Positions 14,431-25,790 of a stretch of DNA of 64,000 bases are shown here, in pieces. Under the pieces are notes generated by a model. The model was not told the DNA's origin, did no database searches, and worked only from the letters and a program-made list of their open reading frames with translations. Position numbers and translations under genes: made by a program. Position 1 is the first letter of the stretch. Every line of letters starts with the position of its first letter. The stretch lies in assembly GCF_009914755.1 (NCBI RefSeq), contig NC_060933.1; one strand, written 5' to 3'. The DNA is from the human T2T-CHM13v2.0 reference genome, Homo sapiens.

Positions 14431-15659
14431 CAAAAACACACAAAAAAGAAAGAATGAGAGAATACTCGAGGGACCAATTTTTCAGTACAGAACCTTTCTG
14501 AGTTCTTTTTCTCTGTCACCTAAACGAACAACATGCAACTGGTATGGCTACGCCAGAAACCAACAATGGGCATGCATGTAGTGTGAGCAAAATTAAACCC
14601 CTGCTGCTATCAGTGGCTAAGATTCCAGGGCTGTTTGTTGTAACAACATAACCTATCCTAATAGAAGCAGTGGCCACATCCCAAGTTCACTTCTGCTCGC
14701 TCACTCAGTAAAATGTGTACCAAATGCCATGGTGATATCTACAGGTTAATTAGATGTGGGCCTTGAGCTCCTGGAGCTCACAGTCCCTTCGTTCTAATCA
14801 AATATAGCCCTCCCTGAGTTCAGAAGAAATGCTTTCTTCTTACATAATATGAAATTTCAGATATGAGTTGTGTAGTTATGAGTTTTGAAGTTAGATAGAT
14901 CTCAGTTATAAAACCTAGAGGTTTAAAAGTTTCTTAACCTCTCTGAAATTTATATATATTTTTTAATTTTTTGCTGGTGTCGCTGTTAAGACAGGAATAA
15001 GATTGCTCATGTAGGGGTTAACTCTTATCATGAGTCTATCCCACACCATGCATTCAATGGCGGTTATTTGTAATAAAATAGGAAAAGGGAGAATGCATTG
15101 TTATTATTCTGTGAATTTTGCATTAAATTCCTTTATATGAAATCACCTCGTACTCGCTGTTAAAGAAGGCCTCTGTGTCTTCCTTGTCTTACAGTATCTA
15201 CACAGAGCTGGACCTGCAGCATATACTAAATGAATGTTGACTACAATTCTTTGAGGATTTAGAGGAGAGATTCAGGAATTTAAAGCCTAAGGGTGTCAGG
15301 GGAAATTTCAAAATGTCAAGAAATTTGACACATTTAAAGTGAAATTTTGAAGGGTAGGCAAAATTTTGATATGCTGGAGACAGGGCATGATTATCAGAGA
15401 AAATAGCACAAGCAGACATGCATTAGGAACTTCCGGGGATATGTGAGACAAATAGTAAGTGGTTCAATTTGGGTAGGTGCAGAGCATATAAAATAAGAAA
15501 TTTTGCAAATAGGTAGGCCAACTCCAGAATGCAGAGCATCTTGAAGGACAAATAAGGAGTTGAGCCTAAAGTCTATGGGAAGCAGAGCTATTGAGAGCAG
15601 CTAAGAAAGAAGAAGTGGAAAGAGCAGTGCTTCTGGAAGTCTGTCTTGAAATGCAGTGC

Positions 15660-15815
15660 TAGGTTGACTGCTTTATACTTAAAGTTGTACAAACAACATT
15701 ATTTTAATTTTATGTATGAGAAAAGTGAGATTCAGAAGTTAAATAACTTGTCCTGGTTGCAACCACCCGTAAGTGGAAAGATACCATATAAATTCAGCAT
15801 TGTGTTTGATGCCAA
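15660..15815 (-). mobile_element. MIR SINE
   Basis: atgagaaaagtgagattcagaagttaaataacttgtcc. Confidence 0.6.
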
Positions 15816-16529
15816 ACTATTTAGTTTTTTTATTTAAGACAAAAACGATAAATTTCACTTTTTAAATTTTATAGAAAATTTATAGAAAAATGATTTTTTA
15901 AATTTATAGAAAAAAACTACTCATAGATAATGCAGCTCTGTGGTGTCTTAAGCAAGTCCAAATGAGTTTCCTTAACTTGTTTATATTTTTCCTAAGATAT
16001 ATTTTGAAGATGCTTGTGAAGTATAGTGTTAGAAGACAAGCCATTAATACTAATGCTAATTAGAAAAGTTTCATTTAGAACGTCTTTAGAATGTCTAGAT
16101 CTTTTATCACTAGTAAAAAAAAAGATTACTACATTAATATTTGATTTCTAACTTTCTTATTTACAATATCTACAAATCAAGAAATTCATTAACATCGTAG
16201 AAATTCATCTTAGTGCTTATCTTTTGTTTTAGTTTCTGTGGGAGATTAAATAGGTATCCAGGCTATGAAAGTTCAACAAAATCCAAGTTCATGTTCCATA
16301 CTGGAGGTGAAAACTGAGGAACAATTTGGTGGTGCAAGATGTAGCCTACTTAGTCCAAGTGACACAGATCTATGCACTAGGGCTTCGTATTGCCCAAAAC
16401 AGAAAAAAAAAAAAAAAACAAAAAAACTAAGAAGGATCCTAGTGTGTGTGTTGAGCATATATTCTTAGTGATTCATTGTTCACATTCAGAGGGTAAGTCC
16501 TAGGAAAGCATATATAAAGAAGCTTGGTA

Positions 16530-16770
16530 TAACAATAATTGTCATTTATTAAATGCCTACTCTGTGCTGGATTTTAAAATCCATATTATTTGTAACCTTT
16601 ACAACTCCTTTTCAGGGCATGTACTGCCATCTCTATTTGATGAACAAAATGAGGATCAGAACACTTTAAAAAATATATCTAACTCTTCTAGCTAGTTTGT
16701 GCCTAATTGAAGATTTTTGACATACCTTTTAGGAGTCAGACACCCACATGCTTTTATGTCAGCCACTTTG
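16530..16770 (-). mobile_element. MIR SINE
   Basis: catttattaaatgcctactctgtgc...tgatgaacaaaatgagg. Confidence 0.55.
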
Positions 16771-17749
16771 CTCAAGGCCTCTTTAACTTTGCCATCTTGT
16801 GATCCTGCCAATCATATCCAGTTCCTTCTCTTAAAATGGAAAGAGAAGATGAGTGCAGTTGTGTGCAGATAAGTAGGCTTGTTCCAGTCAAGAATGAACT
16901 CATTGGAACATTGTCTTCTTGGTTTTTGCTTCTCTTTTGTTCTACGGTTCACAGCCACCCTTTCCATTATACTTTTGATGAACAACTATGGACATAAAGC
17001 TCTATTAGGCAAATGGTCACTCCTGTTGCCCTGAAGAAGTTCCACCTCTCCTCATTCTACCTTGTCCTTCCTAGCAGAAAGGATCAGTGCCCTGCAAATA
17101 GTGAGAATTTAGCCTCTTACGAGACTGATGTTGGATAGTGTGAGAGTTTCTTGAAGTAAAGAACATCACAGCATAAACATACAGAACATGGTCCAACTCA
17201 ATCTAGACTTCAATGTCTCAAGTACACATAGGAATCAATTCCTAAGCTCAGCAGGAATCATCTCACTCAGTCTCATGAGAAATTTAATAATTGTTGTTTA
17301 TTAAAGCTGTCTGTATTTGCCCAAAAGAGTAAAGACAAAAAAAAACTTCAAAAGAATTTTGGTGTCTCAGGACTATAGGGAGTCAGAAGGACAGGTGGAG
17401 AATAATTCTTTAAGATCCGGCTCTGGCCTCTGCTCCCAGCTCCCCTCTACAAACATTGCAAACAACTTTAAATTCTTATTAAGTAGTTATGTTCTTCCCA
17501 AAGTCTTTTTCCTTCAGTTCACTACTAGGATTGTTTATCCTCTTCTGTTTTGCGAGCAGGAATAAACTTTTCAGACTCTCTCCTCACCTTATTCTTCCAA
17601 ACACAGTTATTAACTAAAATTTAACTTTATTAATCCCATTAAAAGTGGGCAAAGAACTGAATAGGTATTTTTCAAAAGAAGATATACAAATAGCCGAAAA
17701 ACTTATGGAAAAAAATGCTCAACATCACTAATCAAAAGATAAATGCACC

Positions 17750-17989
17750 CAGCTGGGCACGATGGCTCAAGCCTGTAATCCCAGCACTTTGGGAAGCCGA
17801 GGCAGGTGAGTCATCTGAGGTCAGGAGTTTGAAACCAGCCTGACCAATAGGGTGAAACCCCGTCTCTACTAAAAAAACAAAAATTAGCCAGCGTGGTGGC
17901 ATGCACCTGTAGTCTTGAGCCAAGATCGTGCCACTGCACTCTAGGCTGGGGCAGAGCCAGACTCCATCTTAAAAACAAGAAAAAAAAAA
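17750..17989 (+). mobile_element. AluS with a ~65 bp right-arm deletion
   Basis: Alu consensus; jumps from cctgtagtc to tgagccaagatc; TSD aaaagataaatgca at 17734-17747 and 17986-17999. Confidence 0.92.
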
Positions 17990-18376
17990 GATAAATGCAA
18001 ATTAAAACCACAATGAGATACTACCTTACAACAGCCAGAATGACCATTATTAAAAAGTCAAAAAACAATAAATGTATAGATTTTGGCATGGATGTGGTGA
18101 AAAGGGAATGCTTATACACTGCTGATGGGAATATAAATTAGTAGATCCTCTATGGAAAACAATGTGGAGATTCTTGAGGAACTAAAAGTAGATCTACCAT
18201 CTGATACAACAGTTCTACTACTGGGTATCTACCCAAAAGATAAAAAGTAACTATAGCAAAAAGACACCTGCATGCTTGTGTTTATGCTTATGTTTATTGC
18301 AGCACAATTTACAATCGCAAAGATAGGAAATCAACCTAAATACCCATCAACTGATGAGTAGATAAGGAAAATGAGG

Positions 18377-18682
18377 TGTGTGTGTATGTGTGTGTATATA
18401 TATATTAAATATATAAATAAATATATTATATATTATATAATTATATATTATACATATTTGATATATATATTTATATATTTGATATATATATTTGATATAT
18501 TATATATTTTATATATCAAATATATTATATATTACATATCAAATATATTATATATAAGATATATATCAAATATATCAAATATATAATATATTTGATATAT
18601 AATATTTATATATTTATAAATATGTATTTATATATAATGCATATATATAACATATAATATATATTTTATAGATATATATACA
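18377..18682. repeat. (TG)/(TA)-rich low-complexity tract
   Basis: Read directly from the sequence. Confidence 0.9.
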
Positions 18683-19701
18683 CACCATGAAATACTTTTC
18701 AGCCAAAAAAAAAAAAGAAGTGAAATAATGTCTTTGGCAGCAACTTGGATGAAACTAGAGGTAATTATTTTAAGTAAAGTAACTAAGGAATCAAAAACTA
18801 GATAACTTATATACTCACTTATAAGTGGGAGCTAAGCTATGGGTACACAAAGGCATACCCAGTGGTATAATGGATATTGGAGACTCAGTCAGAAGGGGGA
18901 AGGGTGCAAGGTGGGTGAGGGCTGAATAACTACCTGTTGGGTGTAATATACACTACTCAGGTGACGAGTACACTAAAGTCTTAGACAATCCATACTTGTA
19001 ACCAAAAACCTCATATACCCCTAAAGTTAATAAAATAAAAAAATTAAGAGGAAAACTTAATTATCTTACCTTTGTATTATTTAAAACAACTTCAGATCTT
19101 TCTCTGCTTTTTACTACCCTCCCAAATTATAGACCTAGACCCATCAGGATGTTCATTAAAAAGAGGGCAGAAGTGCCCGTCTTCTTAGGAGACACCTAAA
19201 ACATTACTCACTGTGATGGTTAATATTGAGTGTCAACTTGATTGGATTGAAGGATGCAAAGTATTGTTCCTGGATATGTCTGTAAGGGTGTTGTCAAAGG
19301 AGATTAACATTTGAGTCAGTGGACTAGGAGAGGCAGACCCACCCACAATCTGGCTGGGTACCATCTAATCAGCTGCCAGCACAGCTAGGATAAAAGCAGG
19401 CAGAGGAACGTGGAAGGACTAGACTGGTTAAGCCTTCTGGCCTCCATCTGTCTTTCGTGCTGGATGCTCCCTGCCCTCGAACATCAGACTCCAAGTTTTT
19501 CAGCTTTTGGACTCTTTGACTTACACCAGTGATTTGCCAGGGGTTCTCCAGCCTTCAGCTACAGACTGAAGGCTGCACTATCAGCTTCCCTACTTTTGAG
19601 GTTTTGGGACTCAGACTGGCTTCCTGTCTCTTCAGCTTGCAGACAGTCTATTGTGGGACTTCACCTTGTGATCGTGTAAGTCAGTTCTCCTAATACACTC
19701 C

Positions 19702-20973
19702 TATAGGGGGAACTCGCCCCCAATATTTCAATGTAGGTTCTTTCTAATTTCCCTAAGTGTCAGCCAGTCTGAGAAATAAAGAGAAAGAGTACAAAGAGAG
19801 GAATTTTACAGCTGGGCTGCCGGGGGTGATATCACATATTGGTAGGTCCGTGATGCCCACCTGAGCTGCAAAACCAGCAAGTTTTTATTAAGGATATCAA
19901 AAGGGTAGGGGATGTACGAACAGGGAGTATGTTACAAAAATCACATGCTTCAAAGGGCAAAAGGGAGAAAGATCACATGCTTCTGAGGCCAACAAAGATC
20001 ACAAAGCAAAGGGCAAAGCAAAGATCACAAGTCAAAGGGCAAAGCAAAGATCACAAGTCAAAGGGCAAAATCAAAAACTCCTGATGAGGGTCTATGTTCA
20101 GCTGTGCACGTATTGTCTTGATAAACATCTTCAACAACAGAAAACAGGGTTTGAGAGGAGAGAACCGGTCTGACCTCAAATTCACCAGGGTGGGGTTTCT
20201 TCCCCACCCTAATAAGCCTGAGGGTACTGCAGGAGACCATGGCATATTTTAGTGCTTATCTCAACTGCATAAGACAGATACTCCCAGAGCGGCCATTTAT
20301 AGATCTCTCCCGAGGAATGCATTCCTTTTCCAGGGTCTTAATTATTAATATTCCTTGCTAGGAAAAGGCACTAGCAAAAGTTGGCAGCAACTTTAATGGA
20401 TATTGGAGACTCAGTCAGAAGGGGGAAGGGTGCAAGGTGGGTGAGGGCTGAATAACTACCTGTTGGGTATAATATACACTACTCAGCGTATATATTCCCT
20501 ACTTGCATGTCCATTTATAGGCTCTCTGCAAGAAGAAAAATATGGCTCTATTCTGCCCAACCCTGCAGGCAGTCAGACCTTATGGTTGTCTTCCTTTGTT
20601 CCCTGAAAATCACGGTTATTCTGTTCTTTTTCAAGGTGCACTGATTTCATATTGTTCAAACACACATGTTTTACAATCAATTTGTACAATAGTGGCCCTG
20701 AGGTGATATACATTCTCAGCTTACAAAGATAACAGGATTAAGAGATTAAAGTAAAGACAGGCATAAGAAATTATGAAGTATTATTTGGGAACTGATAAAT
20801 GTCCATGAAATCTTCACAATTTATTCTCACAGATTGCAGTAAAGACAGGCCTAAGAAATTATAAAAGTATTAATTTGGGGAACTAATAAATGTCCATGAA
20901 ATCTCCACAATTTATGTTCCTCTGCCATTGCTCCAGCTGGTCCCTCTGTTCAGGGTCCCTGACTCCCGCAACA
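19702..20973 (-). mobile_element. MER11 (HERV-K11/HML-8) solo LTR
   Basis: MER11 motifs (gagaaataaagagaaagagtacaaagagagg, internal aaagggcaaagcaaagatcac repeats), end gactcccgcaaca; 6 bp TSD cactcc/cattcc. Confidence 0.9.
20368..20486 (+). other. Templated mosaic insertion inside MER11
   Basis: 20394-20486 equals 18868-18960 (92/93 identical); 20381-20393 equals 18734-18746; 20371-20377 is the reverse complement of 20355-20361. Confidence 0.92.
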
Positions 20974-21339
20974 CATTCCCCTTCATATATACATCTATCC
21001 TATTAATTCTGTCCCTCTAAAGAACCCTGACCAATACACTCACTCAGGGCGCTTTGTCATTTTTTTCCCCAAAGAAATGCAATACCTTCTTAAAGAAACA
21101 GTTTAATGAATATGGCTGTCTGCATTCAATTACATGTGTCCTTAATTACTGGGATGTCTTCTTTGCTGGCTATTGAGCCATCTAAAATTCTTAGACATAT
21201 GCAGAGCTTAGATAAAGAAATAAAACTAGTTAGTGTCAGAAGTAGAACCAGTTGATTTGATGTTTTTCTTCCATATCCAAAATAGTGTGAGAAATGGATA
21301 CTAGATTTAAAAAGGAAAGGAAATGTTTTCCACTATTTA

Positions 21340-22026
21340 TTTCTATTTTCTTATTTACTGTACTAGGCACTTTACAAGCATACAGTCTTTCATTCCTCAC
21401 CATTGTCCTGCAAGATATACATTATCCCCATTTGACAGATGAGTGAATTGAGGCTCAAGGGGATGAAGCCCTTTGCCTATATAGGTCTTTCTGGAAAGCT
21501 TTGGTCTTTCCACTGTGTGCTTTGACACAGTGCAATAGTGAGCTACTTCGGGGAGGATTTTTTGGGCAGATTGATTTTTATTGGTATTATTTTAGAAAGA
21601 ATACCACTGTAAGTCTGAACTTTCTTGCATTGGATTTATTTAAAGAGGAGGTGGCCTAGAGTGCTTTGATTGGATTATCGGAGTTTGTCTCCATAAAGAC
21701 CAAAAAAAGAGCTAAAATGTCCAATGCATATTTACATATCAAGCCAAGGGGAAATGATCTTGCTGTAGTGATGCACTAGAGCAGTCGCCTGTTATGCAGA
21801 GAAGCTTCATATATTATTTCACAGGGGACCTCCTGGGCCAGGGGACATGAAAATGTAACATTTGGTAGTGGAGGTTGTAGTATGTTTCATTGCAGCCTCA
21901 TGCTCTGGGGTAACCACAGAATGTTGTATCTGGCCTGCTAGGGTCACTGTGAAATGACTTGGACAAATTGTATGTGGCTTTTCTAGGAGCAATCACCTCA
22001 TTGAGTCTTTTGTGGGAAAACTATTG
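21340..22026 (+). repeat. Longer copy of a local duplication (begins with a minus-strand MIR fragment)
   Basis: 21340-21548 aligns to 23389-23597, and 21816-22026 aligns to 23598-23808. Confidence 0.93.
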
Positions 22027-22149
22027 GTAGGAAAAACGAAAGTGAGGATTGTTAATATATTGCTGAAGCTTGTTCTGTCTAATGTGGGTGATGTAACTCA
22101 GCCAGCAGGATGTGTACCTCTAGGACACAGACGTTGAAGTTTATTCATT

Positions 22150-22610
22150 GCAGTATTTCTTGCCTCAGAGATATTTTTTGTGGTTTGCCTTTAATCCAGT
22201 CTACCATGCCTGACACCATCTGTGGCTCAGTCTGAAAAAATAGGGGAGGCTGGGACAAGTACAACATTGCAGATAAGGCAATGTTTAAATTAATCGTACA
22301 GAAAGGATAGTAATTAGCTGGCAAAGAGGAAGTGAGGACAGTCGTCTCAGGAAAACAGTAAGTGCAAATGCACTGAAGATGAAGCAGTAGCACGATAGGT
22401 TTACACCTGTACCTGTACCTGAAATATAGGTGGAGAGGAGGAGAGGATGACCAGAGATGATGCTGAGGAGCTTGCCAGTAACTACATGTTGAAAGAGCCC
22501 TTTAATCCAGCAAAGGGATTAGGATCATATTCTGAAGGCAAGGGGCAGAAACCCAAGGGTTTTAAGCTGAAGGTCAGATTTTTGTTTTGGAAATTTGACT
22601 CTATACAAAA
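22150..22610 (-). mobile_element. L2 fragment
   Basis: Purine-rich L2 antisense motifs (tattctgaaggcaagggg...tttaagc...gtcagatt). Confidence 0.55.
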
Positions 22611-23094
22611 CAAAATGAAAGTATCCCAAAACTTGCATACAATAAAAGATACCTAAACAAAGAAGAAAGGCAAGTAAAATAAAGAATGCCAATACACGTC
22701 CTAAACATCCCTAATAGGAACAGGAAATTCACAGAAGAGATCTCATTTTATACTTAAGAAATCATGCTCAATCTCACTAGTCCTCTAGGTAATGGAACAT
22801 AAGACAGTAAGTAATAATTTGTGCCACTCTGATCAACATGTTTTAAGACACTGGAAAACATCTACTGCTTATGAAAGTATATATACAGTGTTGGTAAAAT
22901 TGCCAAAGGCTTTTGGGTAAGTTATTTGGTAGCATCAGAAAACATTGAGAACTTCTAAAACCCTTAGAGTTGACAGTCTCACAACTAGCAATCTATCCTA
23001 CAGAATTAAAAGCCCAGTATGCAAAGATATACACATGACATTCATTATAGCATTGATTGTAAAAAGCCAAACAGAGCAAAAACTGAGAAGGAAT

Positions 23095-23880
23095 CATTTG
23101 TGCTGGGTAGTCTCCTTTTACCTTTCCAGATCCATTCTAAGTGTCTGCTGACTCCATCATGTGGGCACCTGGCCCTCTGGTATCAGGTGGACATTAGAAG
23201 AAGGTAGATGAGAGAAGCTGGGTATTTAACCTTCATTCCACCCTGCTCCTCTTTGCAGGTGCTGGTCTTGATTGTGGCTGTTTCTCCCTGATATGATCAC
23301 AGTTTTACTACAATGGCCATCTCTTTCTCACAACCACAGATCTTGCCAGGCCCTGGTAACTATACTCTTTTCTCCTCCCCTTTCAGGTTTTCTATTTCCT
23401 TATTTACTGTGCTAGGCACTTCACAAGCATGCACTCTTTCATTCCTCACCATTGTCCTGCGACATATACATTATCTCCGTTTGACAGATGAGTGAACTGA
23501 GGCTCAAGGGGCTGAAGCCTTTTGCCTATATAGGTCTTTCTGGAAGGCTTTGGTCTTTCCACTGTGTGCTCTGACACGGTGCAATAGTGAACTACTTATT
23601 TCACGGGGGATCTCCTGGGCCAGAGGACATCAAAATGTAACATTTGGTAGTGGAGGTTGTAGTATGTTTCATCGCAGCCTCATGCTCTGGATCAACCGCA
23701 GAATGTTGCATCTGGCCTACTACGGTCACTGTGAAGCGACCTGGACAAACTGTGTGTGGCTTTTCTAGGAGCAATCACCTACTTGAGTCTTTTCTGGGAA
23801 AACTATTGTTTCCTAGTACCTGCTTATTCAACTCTCTTTAGTTTACCTTTTGAGTGTGATTTCTCTCCTATCAGAACTCA
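23095..23880 (+). mobile_element. LTR33-like ERVL LTR, interrupted by the duplicated segment
   Basis: ctggtaac...ctcccctttcagg upstream of the insert and aactctcttta...cttttgagtgtg downstream, matching my recollection of LTR33-type 3' sequence. Confidence 0.55.
23389..23808 (+). repeat. Internally deleted duplicate of 21340-22026
   Basis: About 36 substitutions over ~420 nt by manual alignment; lacks 21549-21815. Confidence 0.93.
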
Positions 23881-24216
23881 AATGAAGAGTAGAGGGTGAA
23901 TTAGAGGGGGTAAGATTGGAAGCAGAAAGACAGCTGGGTGGGCCCTTATGGGAGTCCTGTGTGACATGAGGGAGAAACTAGGAATGCATTCTAGTTATAT
24001 TTAAGACAATAGATTGTGTAATACATAAAGTCAATCTCTTTTTCAGGAACTTTCAATGAATTGTAAACTCAGCGTTGCTTAGGACACTGGGGTCAGGGAA
24101 GGAGGGTCAAAAAGAAAAGATGTGTTGTCCTGATCATAGAAGACTATTACGGGGACATAACTTGCCCCAAACTTGCCCCATCTCTTGCCCCAGAATTATT
24201 TGTTAATTCTCTGCAT

Positions 24217-24278
24217 GCTTCTAGAGCTCATAGAGGCAGTGGAGAAAGCTTCTAGAGCTCGTAGAGGCAGTGGAGAAA
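24217..24278. repeat. 31 bp tandem duplication (1 mismatch)
   Basis: gcttctagagctc(a/g)tagaggcagtggagaaa x2. Confidence 0.95.
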
Positions 24279-24279
24279 A

Positions 24280-24520
24280 CATGCAGGTTCTGGTAGCCAG
24301 CTCCCTGAGTTAGCATCCTGGTTCCTTATTATTTAGCTCAGTGATGTTAGCAAGACTTAATCTCCCTGTGCCTCAGTGTTCTCATCTTTGTAGTGGGGAT
24401 ACGACTAGTACCTTTCAGTTTAGCAGTTCTGAGGAGTAAATGAATTGCTACACATAAGGGTTTTAGAACTATTCTGGCACATATTAAAGACAAAACAAAT
24501 ATGGGCAATCATTATTATCT
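24280..24520 (+). mobile_element. MIR SINE
   Basis: ttaatctccctgtgcctcagtgttctcatct. Confidence 0.75.
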
Positions 24521-24649
24521 ACTCATCCATGGTCATTACAAACAGGATGGACACAGAGTCTAGATGCAAGGACAAAAATGAGAAAATGAGGAAGGTGGTA
24601 ACTCATTCTGCTTCTTTGCCTCTGCATGTGGTTTGGAACCTACAACCAT

Positions 24650-24790
24650 GTACAAAGAGAACATGTGGAAGTCATTATCCAGACAGTCTCATTTCCTTTT
24701 TTGATACAGTTACCAGACTGACGGATTGGGAACAGCTTTGGAAGCAGAGAGCCTTGGTTTTAAAAAGGCATCTGAGAGGATTGTCCCTTG
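24650..24790 (+). mobile_element. L3/CR1 LINE reverse-transcriptase relic
   Basis: Translation SLISFFDTVTRLTD resembles the CR1 RT motif NLISFFDRVTRLVD, followed by an aaggcat(c)tga (KAFD-like) remnant. Confidence 0.65.
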
Positions 24791-24999
24791 GGTCAGTTCA
24801 AATCTCTCCCTCTCGGGAAGTTTCCAGAGCACCTGCAGTAGGGTTATTCTCTACCTACATTACACACAAGATACCTTGAGAACTTATCCTCTTCAGCAGG
24901 GAAGTCAATTTGTCCTTTAGCAGGGTCATTTATATCTGTGCATGATGTACCCCTAAACTATGAACTGCTGGAGATCATTGTCTACTGATACGTAATGAG

Positions 25000-25400
25000 C
25001 AGTCAGTGCAGTGCAGGGGTTAACACAAGCAGCCTAAGCTTTAAAGTCAAACCACCATGACTTCAAATGCTTGTTCTGTCGCTCATCAGGGTATGCTCTT
25101 GAACAAGTTACCTAGTCTCACAGTTTTAATTCCTTCATCTGTGAACTCGAGCTAGTAATGCCTTTGTTACTATGAGAGCTCACTAATTGACCACTTACTT
25201 TGTTACAAGTGAGGTCTCACATCACTCCATGAGAGAGGTAGATTCATTATTACCATTTTACAAAGATGGATAAATTAAGGCACAGAAAAGTGTATAGCAA
25301 AGCTCACCCAAGTTTACACAGTAAGTGGTGCAGTCAGAATCTGGCCCCAGGCAGCTGGAGCATCAAGCTTGTATTTCTAACCATTGCACTACACAGCTTC
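25000..25400. mobile_element. Two adjacent MIRs in opposite orientation
   Basis: Plus-strand core at ~25000-25170; minus-strand core (ccattttacaaagatggataaattaaggcacaga) at ~25180-25400. Confidence 0.65.
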
Positions 25401-25449
25401 ACAGATAGGCTGTGCCTAGTTTATGACAGATGCTTAGTGAATTTGCTCC

Positions 25450-25790
25450 TTGAACAAAGGCTTATTAAGTTCTTAGGACATGCCTGGTACTAGATGCTGG
25501 ACACAGAGCAGTGATGATCCATTGAAGGTCTATGATCTCATAGACCTTACCTTACAGTGGCTAAGATAGACAATAATCAAATAAGAAACAAAATAAAGAA
25601 CTATAGATTGTAATTAGTACACTGAAGAAAATAAACAGCGAGGAAATAGACAAGATTTGGATAGTAGAGAAGACTTAGTGCAATATCTTGGAGTGAGTAG
25701 GGACTCATCTTTATTGACTTTAAATATGCATGGAAAAGAGTAATTTTTGGCAACCGTAAAGAGCTAGGTAGATTTACCACTTGTAAACTA
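25450..25790 (-). mobile_element. L2 fragment
   Basis: tgctggacacagagcagtga...ctcatagaccttac L2 3' antisense motifs. Confidence 0.5.

Larger units (their letters stand above)
17630..19045 (+). mobile_element. L1PB (about PB2/3) 3' portion, interrupted by an Alu and a TA-rich tract
   Basis: L1 ORF2 C-terminal/3'UTR motifs (aaagtagatctaccat, gtgggagctaagctatgggtacacaaaggcata) and A-tail at ~19030-19045. Confidence 0.85.
19212..21038 (+). mobile_element. MLT2A (HERV-L) solo LTR, split by MER11
   Basis: tgtgatggttaatattgagtgtcaacttgattgg...gaaccctgaccaataca; 5 bp TSD ctcac at 19207-19211 and 21039-21043. Confidence 0.92.

Noticed and set aside
19950-20910. Internal tandem repeats (aaagggcaaagcaaagatcac; ~90 bp pair) as a novel array or CRISPR
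   Set aside because: Normal MER11 LTR structure, no unique spacers, eukaryotic context.
21511-21532. CACTGTG...CACAGTG hairpin as RAG recombination signal sequences
   Set aside because: No nonamer found at the spacings I checked; an 8 bp stem is plausible by chance.
21549-21815. Segment missing from the duplicate as a spliced intron
   Set aside because: The ends are not GT..AG on either strand; only TT microhomology is present.
23550-23768. 72 aa ORF in the duplicated segment
   Set aside because: Non-ATG start, crosses the deletion junction, and the paralogous copy has an in-frame stop (TAG versus TAC).
24445-24879. 144 aa ORF as a protein-coding gene
   Set aside because: Non-ATG start; spans MIR and L3 relics.
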